Position numbers and translations under genes: made by a program. Below the pieces are notes generated by a model. That model was not told where the DNA came from. It did not search any database and saw only the letters and a list, made by a program, of their open reading frames with translations. This document shows, in pieces, positions 9,627-17,801 of a stretch of 32,000 bases of DNA (within the stretch, counting starts at the first letter, position 1; every line of letters starts with the position of its first letter). Origin of the DNA: Longivirga aurantiaca (GTDB lineage: Bacteria > Actinomycetota > Actinomycetes > S36-B12 > CAIYMF01); the NCBI RefSeq assembly GCF_042660085.1, contig NZ_JBHSTI010000002.1, positions 180,001 to 212,000 of the forward strand. The letters are read 5' to 3'.

Positions 9627-10304
9627 ATGTCGAACGGATCCTGGAAGCAGTGGCGCGTGCCGGCCGGACTGCTCGTGCTCTCGGCGGTGCCGATGGTGGC
9701 GGGCGCGAGCCGCCTCAACCAGCTCGCGAGCGACGCGACGGTCACCGAGGCCAACGCCCGGTTCTTCGACCAGCCGCTGCCCGTCGTCCTGCACATCGTC
9801 GGCGCGAGCATCTTCTGCCTGCTCGGTGCCTTCCAGTTCGTGCCCAGCCTGCGCCGTCGCCCCTGGCACCGCGTCGCGGGCCGCATCGCGCTTCCGATGG
9901 GCCTCGTCGCGTCGCTCTCCGGTCTCTGGATGACGGTCTTCTACGACTGGCCGGCGGGGGACGAGCTGTCGCTGGCGGTCGTGCGGGCGGTGGTGGGCGT
10001 GGGCATGACGGCGTCGCTCGTCGTGGCCCTGACAGCGGTAGGTCGACGCGACTTCCGCACTCATCGCGCGTGGGTCACGCGCGGCTACGCCCTCGGCCTC
10101 GGCGCAGGCACCCAGGTCGTCACGCACCTGCCGTGGATCGTCGCGACGGGGCACGCGCCGCTGGGCTGGCCGCGCACCGTCCTCATGGCGCTGGGCTGGG
10201 GCCTCAACCTCGCCGTCGCCGAGTGGGCGATCCGACGCCGGCCGATGGGGACGCCGATGCCGCGCCGGGAGCGAGAGCCGGCGTTCGCGACCGGGGCGGC
10301 GTGA
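9627..10304 (+). CDS. DUF2306 domain-containing membrane protein
   Basis: Four or more TM helices; LHIVGASIFCLLGAFQFVPSLRRRPWHRVAGRIALPMGLVASLSGLWM. Confidence 0.82.
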   Translation: MSNGSWKQWRVPAGLLVLSAVPMVAGASRLNQLASDATVTEANARFFDQPLPVVLHIVGASIFCLLGAFQFVPSLRRRPWHRVAGRIALPMGLVASLSGLWMTVFYDWPAGDELSLAVVRAVVGVGMTASLVVALTAVGRRDFRTHRAWVTRGYALGLGAGTQVVTHLPWIVATGHAPLGWPRTVLMALGWGLNLAVAEWAIRRRPMGTPMPRREREPAFATGAA

Positions 10305-10347
10305 GCGTCCGGCCCGGTCGACCGGCGGCGTTGCCTACAGTGGCGCC

Positions 10348-11496
10348 GTGATGCGACGCGCGCTGCAGTCGGTCTGGGCCGCGCCCCGGGCCGCGCATCC
10401 GCCTGGACCGCTGGCGCGCGACTGGGTGCTCGTCGCCGTCGTGATCGGGGCCGCGCTGCTCGAAGGGCTGCTGCGGTCCGACATCGAGCAGCGGCCTCTC
10501 GAGATCGTGCTCGTCGTCGCCATCGCCTTCACGCTCCCGTGGCGCCGCGTCCACCCCCTCGCCATGGTCGCTGTCGCGATGGGCGTGAAGTCGGTGGTGG
10601 TCGCCGGGATCGTCGCGTCGGGCGGCACGGTCGTCGGGCTGACGGCGGGCGTCTTCGTCCTCGTGCTGCTCTACGCGGTCTTCCGGTGGGGCTCCGGGCG
10701 CGAGGCGTTCGGCGCGGTCGGCGTCGTCGCGCTGGTGGTCGCCCTCGGCTTCAGGCGCGACTACACGTCGATCGCGGAGCTGCTGCCCGAGCTCGCGATC
10801 CTCACGCTGCCGGCTCTCGCCGCCGTTACCGTGCGCGCGCTGTCGACGTCGCGCACCCGTGACCTCGAGCGGGTGCGGCTCGCCGAGCGCGAGCAGCTGG
10901 CGCGCGAGCTGCACGACACCGTGGCCCACCACGTGTCCGCGATGGTGGTGCGGGCCCAGGCCGGCCGCGTCGTCGGCGCCACCGACCCGTCCGCCGCGAT
11001 CGACGCACTGGCGGTCATCGAGGCCGAGGGCGCGCGCACGCTGACCGAGATGCGCGTGCTCGTCGGTGCGCTCCGCCAGGGGGACGACCCCGCCCTGCTC
11101 GCGCCGAAGGGCGCAGGCGACATCGCGTCGCTCGCGCGCGCGACGGGCACCGGCCCCACTGTGGAGGTGTCGTCGACCGGTGACGTCGACGGCCTGCACC
11201 CGTCGGTCGGCGCGGCGCTCTACCGGATCGCGCAGGAGTCGGTCACGAACGCGACCCGGCACGCCGTGCGCCCACGACGCGTGCGCGTCGACCTCGTGGT
11301 GGACCCCGACGTCGCCCACGTGGCGATCGTGGACGACGGCGAGCCCGTCGCGGTCGAGCGTGACCGTCCCGGGTACGGCATCGTGGGGATGACCGAGCGG
11401 GTGTCGCTGCTCGGCGGCACGCTGACGGCCGGCCCGGGCGTGCAGCGCGGCTGGGTGGTCGAGGCCCGGGTGCCGACGACGGGGGTGAGGCCATGA
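10348..11496 (+). CDS. Two-component sensor histidine kinase (NarL-type, HisKA_3)
   Basis: Membrane N-terminus, EREQLARELHDTVAHHVSAMVVRAQAG phospho-acceptor box, GYGIVGMTERVSLLGGTL ATPase region. GTG start at 10348 or ATG at 10351. Confidence 0.93.
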   Translation: MMRRALQSVWAAPRAAHPPGPLARDWVLVAVVIGAALLEGLLRSDIEQRPLEIVLVVAIAFTLPWRRVHPLAMVAVAMGVKSVVVAGIVASGGTVVGLTAGVFVLVLLYAVFRWGSGREAFGAVGVVALVVALGFRRDYTSIAELLPELAILTLPALAAVTVRALSTSRTRDLERVRLAEREQLARELHDTVAHHVSAMVVRAQAGRVVGATDPSAAIDALAVIEAEGARTLTEMRVLVGALRQGDDPALLAPKGAGDIASLARATGTGPTVEVSSTGDVDGLHPSVGAALYRIAQESVTNATRHAVRPRRVRVDLVVDPDVAHVAIVDDGEPVAVERDRPGYGIVGMTERVSLLGGTLTAGPGVQRGWVVEARVPTTGVRP

Positions 11497-12149
11497 CGAT
11501 CCGCGTGGTGCTCGCCGACGACCAGGAGATCGTGCGGACCGGCCTCAGGATGATCCTCGACGCCCAGCCCGACATCGAGGTGGTCGGCGAGGCAGGCGAT
11601 GGTCGGGAGGCGGTCCGGCTCGCGCGGGAGCTGCGCCCCGACGTGTGCCTGTTCGACATCCGTATGCCCGAGGTGAGCGGGCTCGACGCCACGCTCGCCC
11701 TGGCCGGGCCCGACGTCGAGGACCCGATGGCCGTCGTGGTCATCACCACGTTCGACCTCGACGAGTACGTCCACGGGGCGCTGCGGGCGGGAGCCCGCGG
11801 CTTCCTGCTCAAGGACGCCGGACCCGACCTGCTGGTGCAGGCCGTCCGTGCTGCCGCCGACGGTGAGGCGCTGATCGCCCCGAGCGTCACGGTGCGGCTG
11901 CTGTCGGCGTTCGCGCGGCTCGACCCGCGGGCGTCGCCGACCCAGCCCGTGGAGCCGTTGACACCGCGCGAGGAGGAGGTGCTCGTCGCCGTCGCCCGTG
12001 GCCTCACCAACGCCGAGATCGGCGAGGCGCTGCACATCAGCCTGTCGACCGTGAAGTCGCACCTCGCCGCCCTGATGGCCAAGCTCGGCGTCCGCAACAG
12101 GGTCGAGATCGCCCTGTGGGCCTACGAATCCGGGCGCCTCGACAGTTGA
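11493..12149 (+). CDS. Two-component response regulator, NarL/LuxR family
   Basis: VVLADDQEIVRTGLRMIL receiver, CLFDIRMPEVSGLDATL, C-terminal LTPREEEVLVAVARGLTNAEIGEALHISLSTVKSHL; overlaps the kinase stop. Confidence 0.96.
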   Translation: MTIRVVLADDQEIVRTGLRMILDAQPDIEVVGEAGDGREAVRLARELRPDVCLFDIRMPEVSGLDATLALAGPDVEDPMAVVVITTFDLDEYVHGALRAGARGFLLKDAGPDLLVQAVRAAADGEALIAPSVTVRLLSAFARLDPRASPTQPVEPLTPREEEVLVAVARGLTNAEIGEALHISLSTVKSHLAALMAKLGVRNRVEIALWAYESGRLDS

Positions 12150-12363
12150 TTCTTCACCTACCGGGCTACCCCGGGGGGTGTGCTGGTGGCCGCCGGTAAG
12201 GGAAACGTCTGAAACGCCGGTTCAGCAGGTACATGCAACGCCGGACGTCGTACATTGGGGGTGTCCGGGGGCCGACGTCCCCCCTCTGCTCCCGGTCAAC
12301 GCGTCCCGCTCCGGCCCGAGTCCCCCTCGCGCCGGGGTGGGACGCCCCTGGTACGGGTGCGGG

Positions 12364-12507
12364 TCAGCGGCCGACCGAGAGGGTGCCGGGCGCGGGGGCG
12401 GACGAGCCGTCCGGGCGGGTGCCGGGGTCGCTGACGATCAGCGCGACGACGCAGGCGGCGAGCAGGGGCGGGACCGCGACGCGCGCGGTCTCTCGTGCGA
12501 TGTGCAT
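12364..12507 (-). CDS. Possible 47-aa single-pass membrane peptide
   Basis: MHIARETARVAVPPLLAACVVALIVSDPGTRPDGSSAPAPGTLSVGR with GAGG upstream of the ATG; one hydrophobic segment. No homology known from sequence alone. Confidence 0.3.
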   Translation of the reverse strand: MHIARETARVAVPPLLAACVVALIVSDPGTRPDGSSAPAPGTLSVGR

Positions 12508-12699
12508 GGCGATCCTCAGGACGACCGGACAGGGCACCCCCCATGGATCAGTGCATCGTCGTCGCCCGCCGCGGGCTTGATGCACGCGAACCTCAGGATC
12601 TGCTCACGTCGTCACACGTCACGTCACACGCCGCGGCACTGGGCTGGGCCCGTCCACCCCGGACACCGCCCTGAGCGGACCGCACACCTGGGAGCACGC

Positions 12700-12951
12700 A
12701 TGCCTCGATTCATGGATGTCCACACCATCGCCGGCGGCGTCACCGAGGAGGCCGTGGCCGGTGCCCACGCAGCCGACCTCGCGACGCAGGCGGCGCACGA
12801 CGTCCACTACCTGAAGTACTGGGTCGACGGGGAGGCGGGCAAGATCTTCTGCCTCGTCGACGCGCCCGACGCCGAGGCGGCCAACACCGTCCACCGCGAG
12901 GCGCACGGGCTCGTCGCGGACGAGATCTACCGCGTCACCGAGCACGAGTGA
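12700..12951 (+). CDS. DUF4242 / SCO4226-like nickel-binding family protein
   Basis: 83 aa MPRFMDVHTIAGGVTEEAVAGAHAADLATQAAHDVHYLKYWVDGEAGKIFCLVDAPDAEAANTVHREAHGLVADEIYRVTEHE; ferredoxin-like family pattern. Confidence 0.85.
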   Translation: MPRFMDVHTIAGGVTEEAVAGAHAADLATQAAHDVHYLKYWVDGEAGKIFCLVDAPDAEAANTVHREAHGLVADEIYRVTEHE

Positions 12952-13039
12952 GCAGCAGCCGACGCCGTACGTCCCGGGGGCCGGCCGGCCCGGGCGAATC
13001 CCGCCGCCGGGGCGCACCGTCGTGCGACGATCCGCGGCA

Positions 13040-14851
13040 ATGACACTCGAGGTCTCGTTGCTGGGTCGTCCGACCATCTCGCGCGGCCCGGATCCGGTCT
13101 ACCAGTTCCGGAGCCGCAAGAGCTGGGCGCTGCTGGCCTACCTGCTGCTCGCCGAGCGCCCGCCGTCGCGCGCCCGGCTGGCCTCGCTCCTCTTCGACGA
13201 CGCCGAGGACCCGCTCGGCGCCCTCCGCTGGAACCTGGCGGAGGTGCGCCGTGGCCTCGGGCCCGAGGCCACGGTCGAGGGAGACCCGGTGGTGCTCGCC
13301 CTGCCGGCGGACGCGATGGTCGATGTGGCCGTGCTCGCCCGCGGCTCGTGGGCCGACGCCATCGACCTCGCCGATCTCGGCGAGCCGTTGCTCGACGGCG
13401 TCGACGTGCGCGGGGCGGCGGGGTTCGAGTCGTGGCTGCTCGTGGAGAAGCAGCGGCTGGCCGGCGCGTCCGAAGCAGTGCTGCACGAGGCGGCTCAAGG
13501 GCTCATGGCCCGGGGCGAGGTCGCGCGCGCCCTGCCGCACGCCCGGCGGGTGGCGGCGCTCAGCCCGCTCGACGAGAACCACCAGGCGCTGCTCATCCGG
13601 CTGCTCCGGCTCTCGGGCGACGACGCGGCAGCCGCGGCGCAGCTCGAGGCGTACGCGCGGCTGCTCGATGACGAGCTCGGTGTCGAGCCCGGCCCCGCCG
13701 TCCGGTCGGCGCTGCGCGAGCCGCTCCGGCGTACTGCACCGGTCACCGGGAGCGTCTCGATCGAGGCGATCCGGGAGTCGGGTGCGGCGGCCGTCGCCGC
13801 CGGTGCGACCGATGCCGGGATCGCCTCGCTGCGCGCGGCCGTCGGGCTCGCGGACCTCGCCGAGGACACGCGGCTCCAGGTGCGGTCGCGCGTCATCCTG
13901 GCCGAGACGCTGGTGCACTCGCTGCGGGGCATGGACGAGGAGGGCCTCGCAGCCCTCTACGCGGCGGACGAGATCGGCCGCGGTCACGGGCAGCCTGAGT
14001 GGCTCGCCGAGGTTCGGGTCGAGCTGGGGTACGTCGACTTCCTGCGCGCCCGGTACGACCGCGCGGACCGCTGGCTCACGGACGCGCTCGACCTCGCGCC
14101 CGACGTCCCCTGGATCAGCGCGAAGGCCACGACGTATCTCGCATCGGTCGACAGCGACCGCGCCGACTACCCGAGGGCGCTCACCCGCTTCGCCGAGTCG
14201 ATCGAGCTGGCCCGCGAGGCGGGCGACGTCAGGCGGCAGGTGTTCGCCACCTCGATGCTCGGACGGCTGCACCTGCTTCGGGGCGACCTCGACCTGGCGG
14301 ACGACGCGCTGCGCACGGCGATCGAGCTCGGCGAGCGCGACCGGTGGCTCGCCTTCCTGCCGTGGCCGCAGGCGTTCCTCGGCGAGCTCGAGCTGTCGCG
14401 GGGCCGCGTGGAGACCGCAGCCTCGGTGCTGAGCCAGGCGTTCGCCCGAGCCTGCCAGCTCGGGGACCCGTGCTGGGAGGGTGTGACCGCGCGTGCGCTG
14501 GCCCTCGTGGCTGAGGCCAGGGGGGACACCGCGGAGGCGTTCGAGCTGCTGGCGGACGCGCGAGCCCGGTGCAACCGTCTGGCAGATCCCTACGTGTGGC
14601 TCGACGCGTACATCCTCGACGCGCAGTGCGACCTCGGGGTCCGTCACGAGCATCCGGACTCGGCGCGCTGGGTCGCCTCGATGCACTGCCTCGCGTCGCG
14701 GACGACCATGCGCGAGATGACGGTGCGCGCGCTCGTCCACTCGGCAGCGCTCGGGGACGCTGCGGCGGCGGACGGCGCGCGCCTGCTGGCCGGCGACCTC
14801 GACAACCCCGTGCTCGACCGGCTCGTCGCGGCCGCAGCGCCGCGGCGGTGA
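13040..14851 (+). CDS. AfsR/SARP-like transcriptional regulator with BTAD and TPR-like repeats
   Basis: MTLEVSLLGRPTISR...SRKSWALLAYLLLAERPPSRARLASLLF...ALRWNLAEVRRGLG followed by BTAD-like LDENHQALLIRLLRLSGDDAAAAAQLEAYARLLDDELGVEPGPAV and helical repeats. Confidence 0.88.
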   Translation: MTLEVSLLGRPTISRGPDPVYQFRSRKSWALLAYLLLAERPPSRARLASLLFDDAEDPLGALRWNLAEVRRGLGPEATVEGDPVVLALPADAMVDVAVLARGSWADAIDLADLGEPLLDGVDVRGAAGFESWLLVEKQRLAGASEAVLHEAAQGLMARGEVARALPHARRVAALSPLDENHQALLIRLLRLSGDDAAAAAQLEAYARLLDDELGVEPGPAVRSALREPLRRTAPVTGSVSIEAIRESGAAAVAAGATDAGIASLRAAVGLADLAEDTRLQVRSRVILAETLVHSLRGMDEEGLAALYAADEIGRGHGQPEWLAEVRVELGYVDFLRARYDRADRWLTDALDLAPDVPWISAKATTYLASVDSDRADYPRALTRFAESIELAREAGDVRRQVFATSMLGRLHLLRGDLDLADDALRTAIELGERDRWLAFLPWPQAFLGELELSRGRVETAASVLSQAFARACQLGDPCWEGVTARALALVAEARGDTAEAFELLADARARCNRLADPYVWLDAYILDAQCDLGVRHEHPDSARWVASMHCLASRTTMREMTVRALVHSAALGDAAAADGARLLAGDLDNPVLDRLVAAAAPRR

Positions 14852-14999
14852 TTCCCTTCGGGAGGTGGGACGTCGACGTCCCGCGGTTCGAGCTCTCAAC
14901 GATGCCCGGGGGCACGTACCCGTGACCCCCTGATGCCGCCGTGCGCGGCGATGATCGAGCGCCAGCCCTGACCGGATCCGCGCCTGGCCTGCCGAAGTT

Positions 15000-15023
15000 C
15001 CAGAAACCGCAACGGTTCTCTGG
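15000..15023. terminator. Bidirectional hairpin between convergent genes
   Basis: CCAGA-AACCG-CAA-CGGTT-C-TCTGG, about 10-bp stem with a single bulge, between the BTAD gene (+) and SulP gene (-). Confidence 0.5.
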
Positions 15024-15035
15024 CACGTGCGTGCG

Positions 15036-16703
15036 TCAGGCGGGGTCCCGCGCGATCCAGTCCTGTGCCTCGGTCCGCGCCCGGGCCAGCGCGGCGCCTA
15101 CCCGTGCGTCGCCCTCGAATACGCTGTCAGGGCCGATGACGTCGATGACGCCGCCGGCCCTCAGCTGCGGCATGACCCGCGCGTCCACGGACACGATCAT
15201 GAGCCGGGAGCCGACGGCGTCGAGCTCGCCGGCATAGCGCACCAGGACGTCGACGAAGGTGGTGCCGAGGTCGGTGTGGCCACGCAGCCGGAGGATGACG
15301 ACCGACCGCCGGCTGCTCGCCTCCACGCGTGGCAGCGCCGCTTCGAACACCGGTGCGGAGGCGAAGAAGAGGCTGCCGTACGGCTGCAGCACCACGGTCT
15401 CGCGCGGCGGCACCACCGCGACAGGGTCCACCTCGAGGACGTCGCCCGTGTCGGTGCTGACGCGCTGCTTGATCACGACCTTGTTCGACTGCTGCACGAC
15501 GTGCAGCACCACGGACACGCCGACGCCGACGAGCACGGCGTACTGCAGGGGGACGACCATGGTCAGCACGAACGTCACACCGAGGACCGCGCGCTGGACC
15601 GTGCCCGTGCGCCACACCGCCTTGATGTCGGCGGGCTTGATGGTGCGGAAGCCCACGAGGATCAGCAGGCCGGCGAGCGCCGGCATCGCGAGGTAGCCGA
15701 CGGCCGAGCCGAAGACCAGGACGACGACGGCCATCACGAGGGCCGCGATCATCGGCGCGACGCGGCTGCGGGCCCCGGCTGCGGCGTTGATGGCCGACGC
15801 TGATGCCGAGCCGCCCACCGGCATCCCGCCCGTGAAGGCGACGGCGGCGTTGGCCGCGCCCTGGCCGATGAAGTCGCGCGATGCGTCGGCGCGCTGGCCG
15901 TCGGGCCGTCCGTACATCGCGGAGATGCCCGCGCCCTGCACGAGCCCCACGAACGCCAGGGACGCCGCAGGCACGAGGAGCTGCGGCGCGAGATCCCAGG
16001 CGGGGAGCGTGATCGGCGGCAGGCCCTGCAGCTCGACGCCGAGGTCGTTGAGGGTCGCGACCGTGGTCCAGCCGAGGACGGCCGCCATCGCGGACGTCGC
16101 GATGACAGCGACGACGAGGCCCATCGAGCCGACGACGGTCCGCTCCAGCAGCACGATGAGCGCGATGGTGGCGGCGCCGATGATGACGCTGCGCCAGTCG
16201 AGCGACGCAGGTGACAGCACCGTGTTGATGGCTCGGATCACGCGATTGGCGCCGGGGGCGGCGTACCCGGTGAGGTTGGAGAGCTGGCCGAGGATGATGT
16301 TGACGCCGACGGCGTTCATGAAGCCGACGAGGACGGCGTTGGACACGAAGCGCAGCAGGCTGCCGAGCTTCAGGAAGCCCGCTGCCAGCATGACCGCACC
16401 GGTGAGGACGGCGAGGGTCGCGACCGCCTGCGACTGGTCGTCCATCGCGTGCAGCGCCGGCACGTCGGCGATGATCATCGCCATGGCGCCGGTCCCCTGC
16501 ACCACCATGAACGCCGACGAGGTCACGGCCGCGCCGACGAGCGTGCCGACGAGGTAGCCGTACAGGCCGTTGAGCGGGCTCAGGCCGGCGAGGATGCCCG
16601 TCGCCAGGCCGTCGGGAACGCTCTGGACGCCGAGCACGAGCCCGGCCTGGGCGTCCTGCTTGAGGTCGCGGGTGAAGCGCGCCGGGAGGCGCAGGCCGCT
16701 CAC
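15036..16703 (-). CDS. SulP family inorganic anion transporter with STAS domain
   Basis: GTG start at 16703 (VSGLRLPARFTRDLKQDAQAGLVLGVQSVPDGLATGILAGLSPLNGLYG), SulP core, C-terminal STAS-like region; overlaps upstream gene stop. Confidence 0.93.
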   Translation of the reverse strand: MSGLRLPARFTRDLKQDAQAGLVLGVQSVPDGLATGILAGLSPLNGLYGYLVGTLVGAAVTSSAFMVVQGTGAMAMIIADVPALHAMDDQSQAVATLAVLTGAVMLAAGFLKLGSLLRFVSNAVLVGFMNAVGVNIILGQLSNLTGYAAPGANRVIRAINTVLSPASLDWRSVIIGAATIALIVLLERTVVGSMGLVVAVIATSAMAAVLGWTTVATLNDLGVELQGLPPITLPAWDLAPQLLVPAASLAFVGLVQGAGISAMYGRPDGQRADASRDFIGQGAANAAVAFTGGMPVGGSASASAINAAAGARSRVAPMIAALVMAVVVLVFGSAVGYLAMPALAGLLILVGFRTIKPADIKAVWRTGTVQRAVLGVTFVLTMVVPLQYAVLVGVGVSVVLHVVQQSNKVVIKQRVSTDTGDVLEVDPVAVVPPRETVVLQPYGSLFFASAPVFEAALPRVEASSRRSVVILRLRGHTDLGTTFVDVLVRYAGELDAVGSRLMIVSVDARVMPQLRAGGVIDVIGPDSVFEGDARVGAALARARTEAQDWIARDPA

Positions 16704-17770
16704 GCGGGCTCCTCCTCGGGTGCGTCGCCCGACAGGATCCGCCCGCGGCTGATCTGCCAGCGCCACCAGGCGAACGTGAGGGCGCCGAGCGCCAGGGTCC
16801 CGAGGATCGTGACGACCCGCCACACCACGAGCGCGGCGACGATCTCCGGCTCGAACTCGACGCCCGCGGTCTCGGTGTAGGCGACGACGAGCGCGGCGTC
16901 GAGCACGCCGAGGCCGGCGAGCGGGAGAGCCGTGAGCGGGTAGGCGACGAAGAAGCTGCCGAGCACCAGCCCGACGGGCAGCAGCGACGAGTCGACGCCG
17001 ACGAGCCGAAGGCAGAGCAGGACGATGAGCCCGTCGACGACCACCATCGCCGCGAGAGCTCCGAGCGACGGGGGGAGCCCGCGGCTGAGGCGCGTGGACA
17101 TCGTGGCGCGGAAGCCGGCGACCTTGTCAGACCAGACGTCGACGTCGACGTCGTCGCGGAAGCGCCCGGCGGCGAGCGCCGCACGCCGGCCGATGAGGCG
17201 TGCGAAGCTCTCGCCGCGGGCCACCAGCACCAGCGTGACGATGATCGCGACGGCCACGACGAACGAGATCACCGCGGACCAGATCTGCCCGCTGGTGAGG
17301 TCGCGCCCGATCAGCAGCAGCACCCCGAGGATCGGGACGCCGAACCGGATGACGTAGAACGCCAGGCTGTTCAGCGTCACGCCGGGCATGCCGTCGACCG
17401 GGGCGATCCCCCAGGACCGGAACATCGAGATGCGCACCACGATGTCGCTGGGCGGGGGCGCCACGGTGCCGACGAGGTTGGCCGTCAGGTCGTTCTGGAA
17501 GCCGCGCCGGAAGCCGAGCCCCGGGACGAAGACCGACAGCGGGACCGAGTTGAACGCCTGGCGCAGCACCAGGAGGCCGGCGAGCGCCGGCACCTGCGCC
17601 CACTCGAGCTGGCCGAGCGCGGTCGCCACCTGGCGCCAGTCCACCGACCCCACCAGGTTGATGAGGATCCGGGCGACGACCAGCGAGATCGCCAGGAAGA
17701 TGAGCGGCCGGACGAGCAGGATCCACCAGCGGCTCTGCCGGAACCGCCGGAAGGACTCGACCGCGCTCAT
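16700..17770 (-). CDS. Flippase-like / lysylphosphatidylglycerol synthase transmembrane domain protein (UPF0104 type)
   Basis: 356 aa, polytopic: FLAISLVVARILINLVGSVDWRQV..., NLVGTVAPPPSDIVVRISMFRSWG, PLTALPLAGLGVLDAALV. Confidence 0.82.
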   Translation of the reverse strand: MSAVESFRRFRQSRWWILLVRPLIFLAISLVVARILINLVGSVDWRQVATALGQLEWAQVPALAGLLVLRQAFNSVPLSVFVPGLGFRRGFQNDLTANLVGTVAPPPSDIVVRISMFRSWGIAPVDGMPGVTLNSLAFYVIRFGVPILGVLLLIGRDLTSGQIWSAVISFVVAVAIIVTLVLVARGESFARLIGRRAALAAGRFRDDVDVDVWSDKVAGFRATMSTRLSRGLPPSLGALAAMVVVDGLIVLLCLRLVGVDSSLLPVGLVLGSFFVAYPLTALPLAGLGVLDAALVVAYTETAGVEFEPEIVAALVVWRVVTILGTLALGALTFAWWRWQISRGRILSGDAPEEEPA

Positions 17771-17801
17771 GCGCGCGTCAGGGCCGTGGCCCCGCCCGAG
17801 G

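Noticed and set aside
12935-14899. 654-aa minus-strand ORF
   Set aside because: Antisense shadow of the BTAD/SARP-like gene with low-complexity R/H/G/E-rich translation.
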